Part shown: positions 61,621-64,000 of the stretch, piece by piece
Layout of the letters: each line of letters starts with the position of its first letter
Position numbering within the stretch: the first letter of the stretch is position 1
NCBI GenBank assembly: GCA_050261115.1
Contig: JBLNCY010000010.1
Span: 64,001-128,000 of the forward strand
Length of the DNA stretch: 64,000 bases
Direction: 5' to 3'
From: Methanocella sp.
Lineage (GTDB): Archaea > Thermoproteota > Bathyarchaeia > Bathyarchaeales > Bathycorpusculaceae
Notes under the pieces: generated by a model
What the model saw: the letters and a program-made list of their open reading frames with translations, nothing else
What the model was told of the DNA's origin: nothing
Database searches by the model: none
Translations under genes and position numbers: made by a program

Positions 61621-62964
61621 ATGAGTGAACTTGAAGCATACGGCTACAAAGGCCACGCACTCCAGTTACTAAAAGCGGCAGACTGCAGCGTCGGCGATAT
61701 TCTTAGAGTTACAAGTAAAGGCAAAACCTACGAGGGCATCCTGATTCCCCGCTTTGGCGAAAGCCAAGCCATCATTATCAAGATGAAAAGCGGCTACAAC
61801 ATCGGCATTCAAGCCACCCCAGACGTAAATGTGGAAAAAATCGGCAAGGGAACCGCGCCAAAGTTTGAATCGCCCCCCCTGCCCAAACAAAACCCCGCCC
61901 TGCCACATGTGGTTATTATGAGTACAGGCGGAACCATCGCTAGCCGCGTAGACTACCGCACCGGCGCCGTCCGCAGCGCGATGTCTGCAAGTGACCTCTA
62001 TGGTGTTGTGCCCGAATTAGCCGACCTCGCCAGAGTCGACACGGAATTCGTGTTTAGCATCTACAGCGAGAACCTTCGCCAGCAAGACTGGACGGAGCTA
62101 GCTAAAAAAGTTGCAGAGCGAATCGAAGCAGGCGTAGACGGAGTCGTCATCGCGCACGGCACCGACACCATGGGCTACACCTCCGCCGCGCTAAGCTTTG
62201 CCCTCCAGAACCTCTCAGTCCCTGTCATACTTGTTGGCGCACAGCGATCCTCCGACCGACCCAGCAGCGACGCCGCCACCAACCTCATCGGCGCAGTCAA
62301 AGCCGCCGGAGAAGCCCCCTTTGCCGAAGTCGGCTTAGCCATGCATGAAAACCCTTCTGACACCACCATCGCGATCCATCGGGGTACCAAAGTGCGCAAG
62401 TGCCACACCAGTCGCCGAGATACCTTCAAATCCATAAACGGCTTTCCCATCGCTCGCGTAGAGAACCTTAAGGTCTCCATGGCCACCGACAGCTACCAAA
62501 AACGGGATCCCAACCGCAAGCTAGTGCTCAAACCAGACTTTTGCGACAAAGTCGCACTCGTCAAATTCTACCCAGGACTTGACCCCGCAGTCATCGACTT
62601 CTATGTCGAGCGCGGTTTTAGAGGTATTTTGCTGGAGGGCACAGGTTTGGGGCATGTGAGTAAGTTCTGTTTCGAAGCAATCCAACGCGCCATAGCAAAG
62701 GGCGTGGTGGTTGCGTTGGTCTCGCAGTGCATATGGGGGCGCGTAGACATGAACGTTTACGATACAGGTCGTGACCTGCTAAGTTTCGGTGTTATTCCCT
62801 TGGAGGATATGTTCCCAGAAACTGGTTTAGTGAAGCTCATGTGGGTGCTTGGGCAAACCACCGACCCCAAAGAAGCCGCACAGCTAATGCAGACAAATAT
62901 TGCAGGCGAAATCTCACCACGCACACTTCCACAGGATAAAGTAACGGTAGGAGGAAAACAGTAA
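61621..62964 (+). CDS. gatD: Glu-tRNA(Gln) amidotransferase subunit D
   Basis: KMKSGYNIG, STGGTIASRVDY, HGTDT, QRSSDRPSSD. Confidence 0.97.
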   Translation: MSELEAYGYKGHALQLLKAADCSVGDILRVTSKGKTYEGILIPRFGESQAIIIKMKSGYNIGIQATPDVNVEKIGKGTAPKFESPPLPKQNPALPHVVIMSTGGTIASRVDYRTGAVRSAMSASDLYGVVPELADLARVDTEFVFSIYSENLRQQDWTELAKKVAERIEAGVDGVVIAHGTDTMGYTSAALSFALQNLSVPVILVGAQRSSDRPSSDAATNLIGAVKAAGEAPFAEVGLAMHENPSDTTIAIHRGTKVRKCHTSRRDTFKSINGFPIARVENLKVSMATDSYQKRDPNRKLVLKPDFCDKVALVKFYPGLDPAVIDFYVERGFRGILLEGTGLGHVSKFCFEAIQRAIAKGVVVALVSQCIWGRVDMNVYDTGRDLLSFGVIPLEDMFPETGLVKLMWVLGQTTDPKEAAQLMQTNIAGEISPRTLPQDKVTVGGKQ

Positions 62965-64000
62965 TGGCGATTGACTATGCGAAAGTCGGTTTAAAATGCG
63001 GACTTGAAATCCACCAACAACTAAACGTCGGTAGCAAACTCTTCTGCAGCTGCCCACCCGAGCTCTTTAAAGAAGACCCCGAAATCACCTTCCTACGCCG
63101 CCTACGCCCAACCCAAAGCGAACTCGGTCAGGTGGATCCAGCGGCGTACTTTGAGTTCCAGAAGGGCGTAAAAATACTATACGAAGCAAACCACAAAAGC
63201 AGCTGTCTAGTGGAGATGGACGAGGAACCCCCTCACCCCATCAACATAGATGCAGTAAAAGTTGTTTTGACTGCGGCTTTGATGATGAATATGCAGCCAG
63301 TCGACGAAGTGCACGTAATGCGCAAAACCGTCATCGACGGAAGCAACACCACGGGTTTCCAGCGCACCACCATCATAGCCTTGGACGGCTGGATCAAAGT
63401 CGGCGAAAAAGTTATCCCTATTCAAGCCGCCAGCCTCGAGGAGGACGCAGCACGCAAGACCGGCACACAGGATGAGGGCAAAACCATCCGCTACCGAATC
63501 GACCGCCTTGGCATCCCACTTATCGAAGTTGCCACCGCACCGGTGATTTATTCTCCGCAGGAGGCGCAGGAAGTCGCGTTTGCTATCGGAAGAATTCTGC
63601 GAGACACCCAAAAGGTGATGCGTGGACTGGGCACTATCCGCCAAGACCTCAACGTTTCCTTGCCAAACGGCGCCCTAATCGAAATCAAAGGCGTCCAAGA
63701 ACTCGAGTTAATCTCAATAGTAGTCGACTATGAGGTCCAGCGACAACTTAACTTACTTGCAATCAAAGACGAACTCGCCAAGCGTGGCATAACACCCGAC
63801 CAGCTAAAACCACAGTTCGTCGATGTCACAGAGTTATTCAAGGCCACCAAGAGTAAAGTCATTCGTAAAGCAGTCGATAAAAACCAAAAAGTCCTCGCCG
63901 TTAAATTACCTGGCTTCAACGGCTTAACTGGGCGTGAATTGATGCCTAACTTCCGCTTAGGCAGTGAATTATCCGATTATGCAAAGTTCTGGGGACGAGT
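62964..64000 (+). CDS. gatE: Glu-tRNA(Gln) amidotransferase subunit E (runs off window end)
   Basis: MAIDYAKVGLKCGLEIHQQL, RKTVIDGSNTTGFQRT, DRLGIPLIE, RQDLNVS. Confidence 0.96.
   Translation, partial: MAIDYAKVGLKCGLEIHQQLNVGSKLFCSCPPELFKEDPEITFLRRLRPTQSELGQVDPAAYFEFQKGVKILYEANHKSSCLVEMDEEPPHPINIDAVKVVLTAALMMNMQPVDEVHVMRKTVIDGSNTTGFQRTTIIALDGWIKVGEKVIPIQAASLEEDAARKTGTQDEGKTIRYRIDRLGIPLIEVATAPVIYSPQEAQEVAFAIGRILRDTQKVMRGLGTIRQDLNVSLPNGALIEIKGVQELELISIVVDYEVQRQLNLLAIKDELAKRGITPDQLKPQFVDVTELFKATKSKVIRKAVDKNQKVLAVKLPGFNGLTGRELMPNFRLGSELSDYAKFWGR

Overview
A 64-kb chromosomal segment of an archaeon, most likely Bathyarchaeia (TACK). This is inferred from the split alpha/beta tRNA splicing endonuclease with a crenarchaeal-type loop, the stand-alone 5S rRNA, GatDE, rpS30e, DUF1512 and the frequent TTG starts. 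It is mostly housekeeping: metG, glyS, gatDE, elp3, cca, thpR, map, rnhB, tpiA, mtnA, mvaA, CoA biosynthesis, dinB, tRNA-Leu(CAG) and 5S rRNA. No CRISPR array, transposase or integrase was seen. The most notable unexplained signal is a dispersed, diverged intergenic repeat family. Six copies of a ~45-bp core GTTGANTCTATATATA-G-rich-...GCAACAG occur, and two of them are colinear over ~150 bp. Other points of interest are a hyaluronan-synthase-like polysaccharide operon with a duplicated catalytic motif and a degenerate deacetylase, an RHH-alpha-ribazole-kinase fusion with a perfect palindrome at its start, tandem palindromic boxes before a radical SAM-dinB operon, a triple-RHH protein, an orphan aIF2-alpha and candidate ATA/ACG starts. 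Several frameshifts or stops may be assembly errors. All calls are from motif recognition by eye; no database searches were run.
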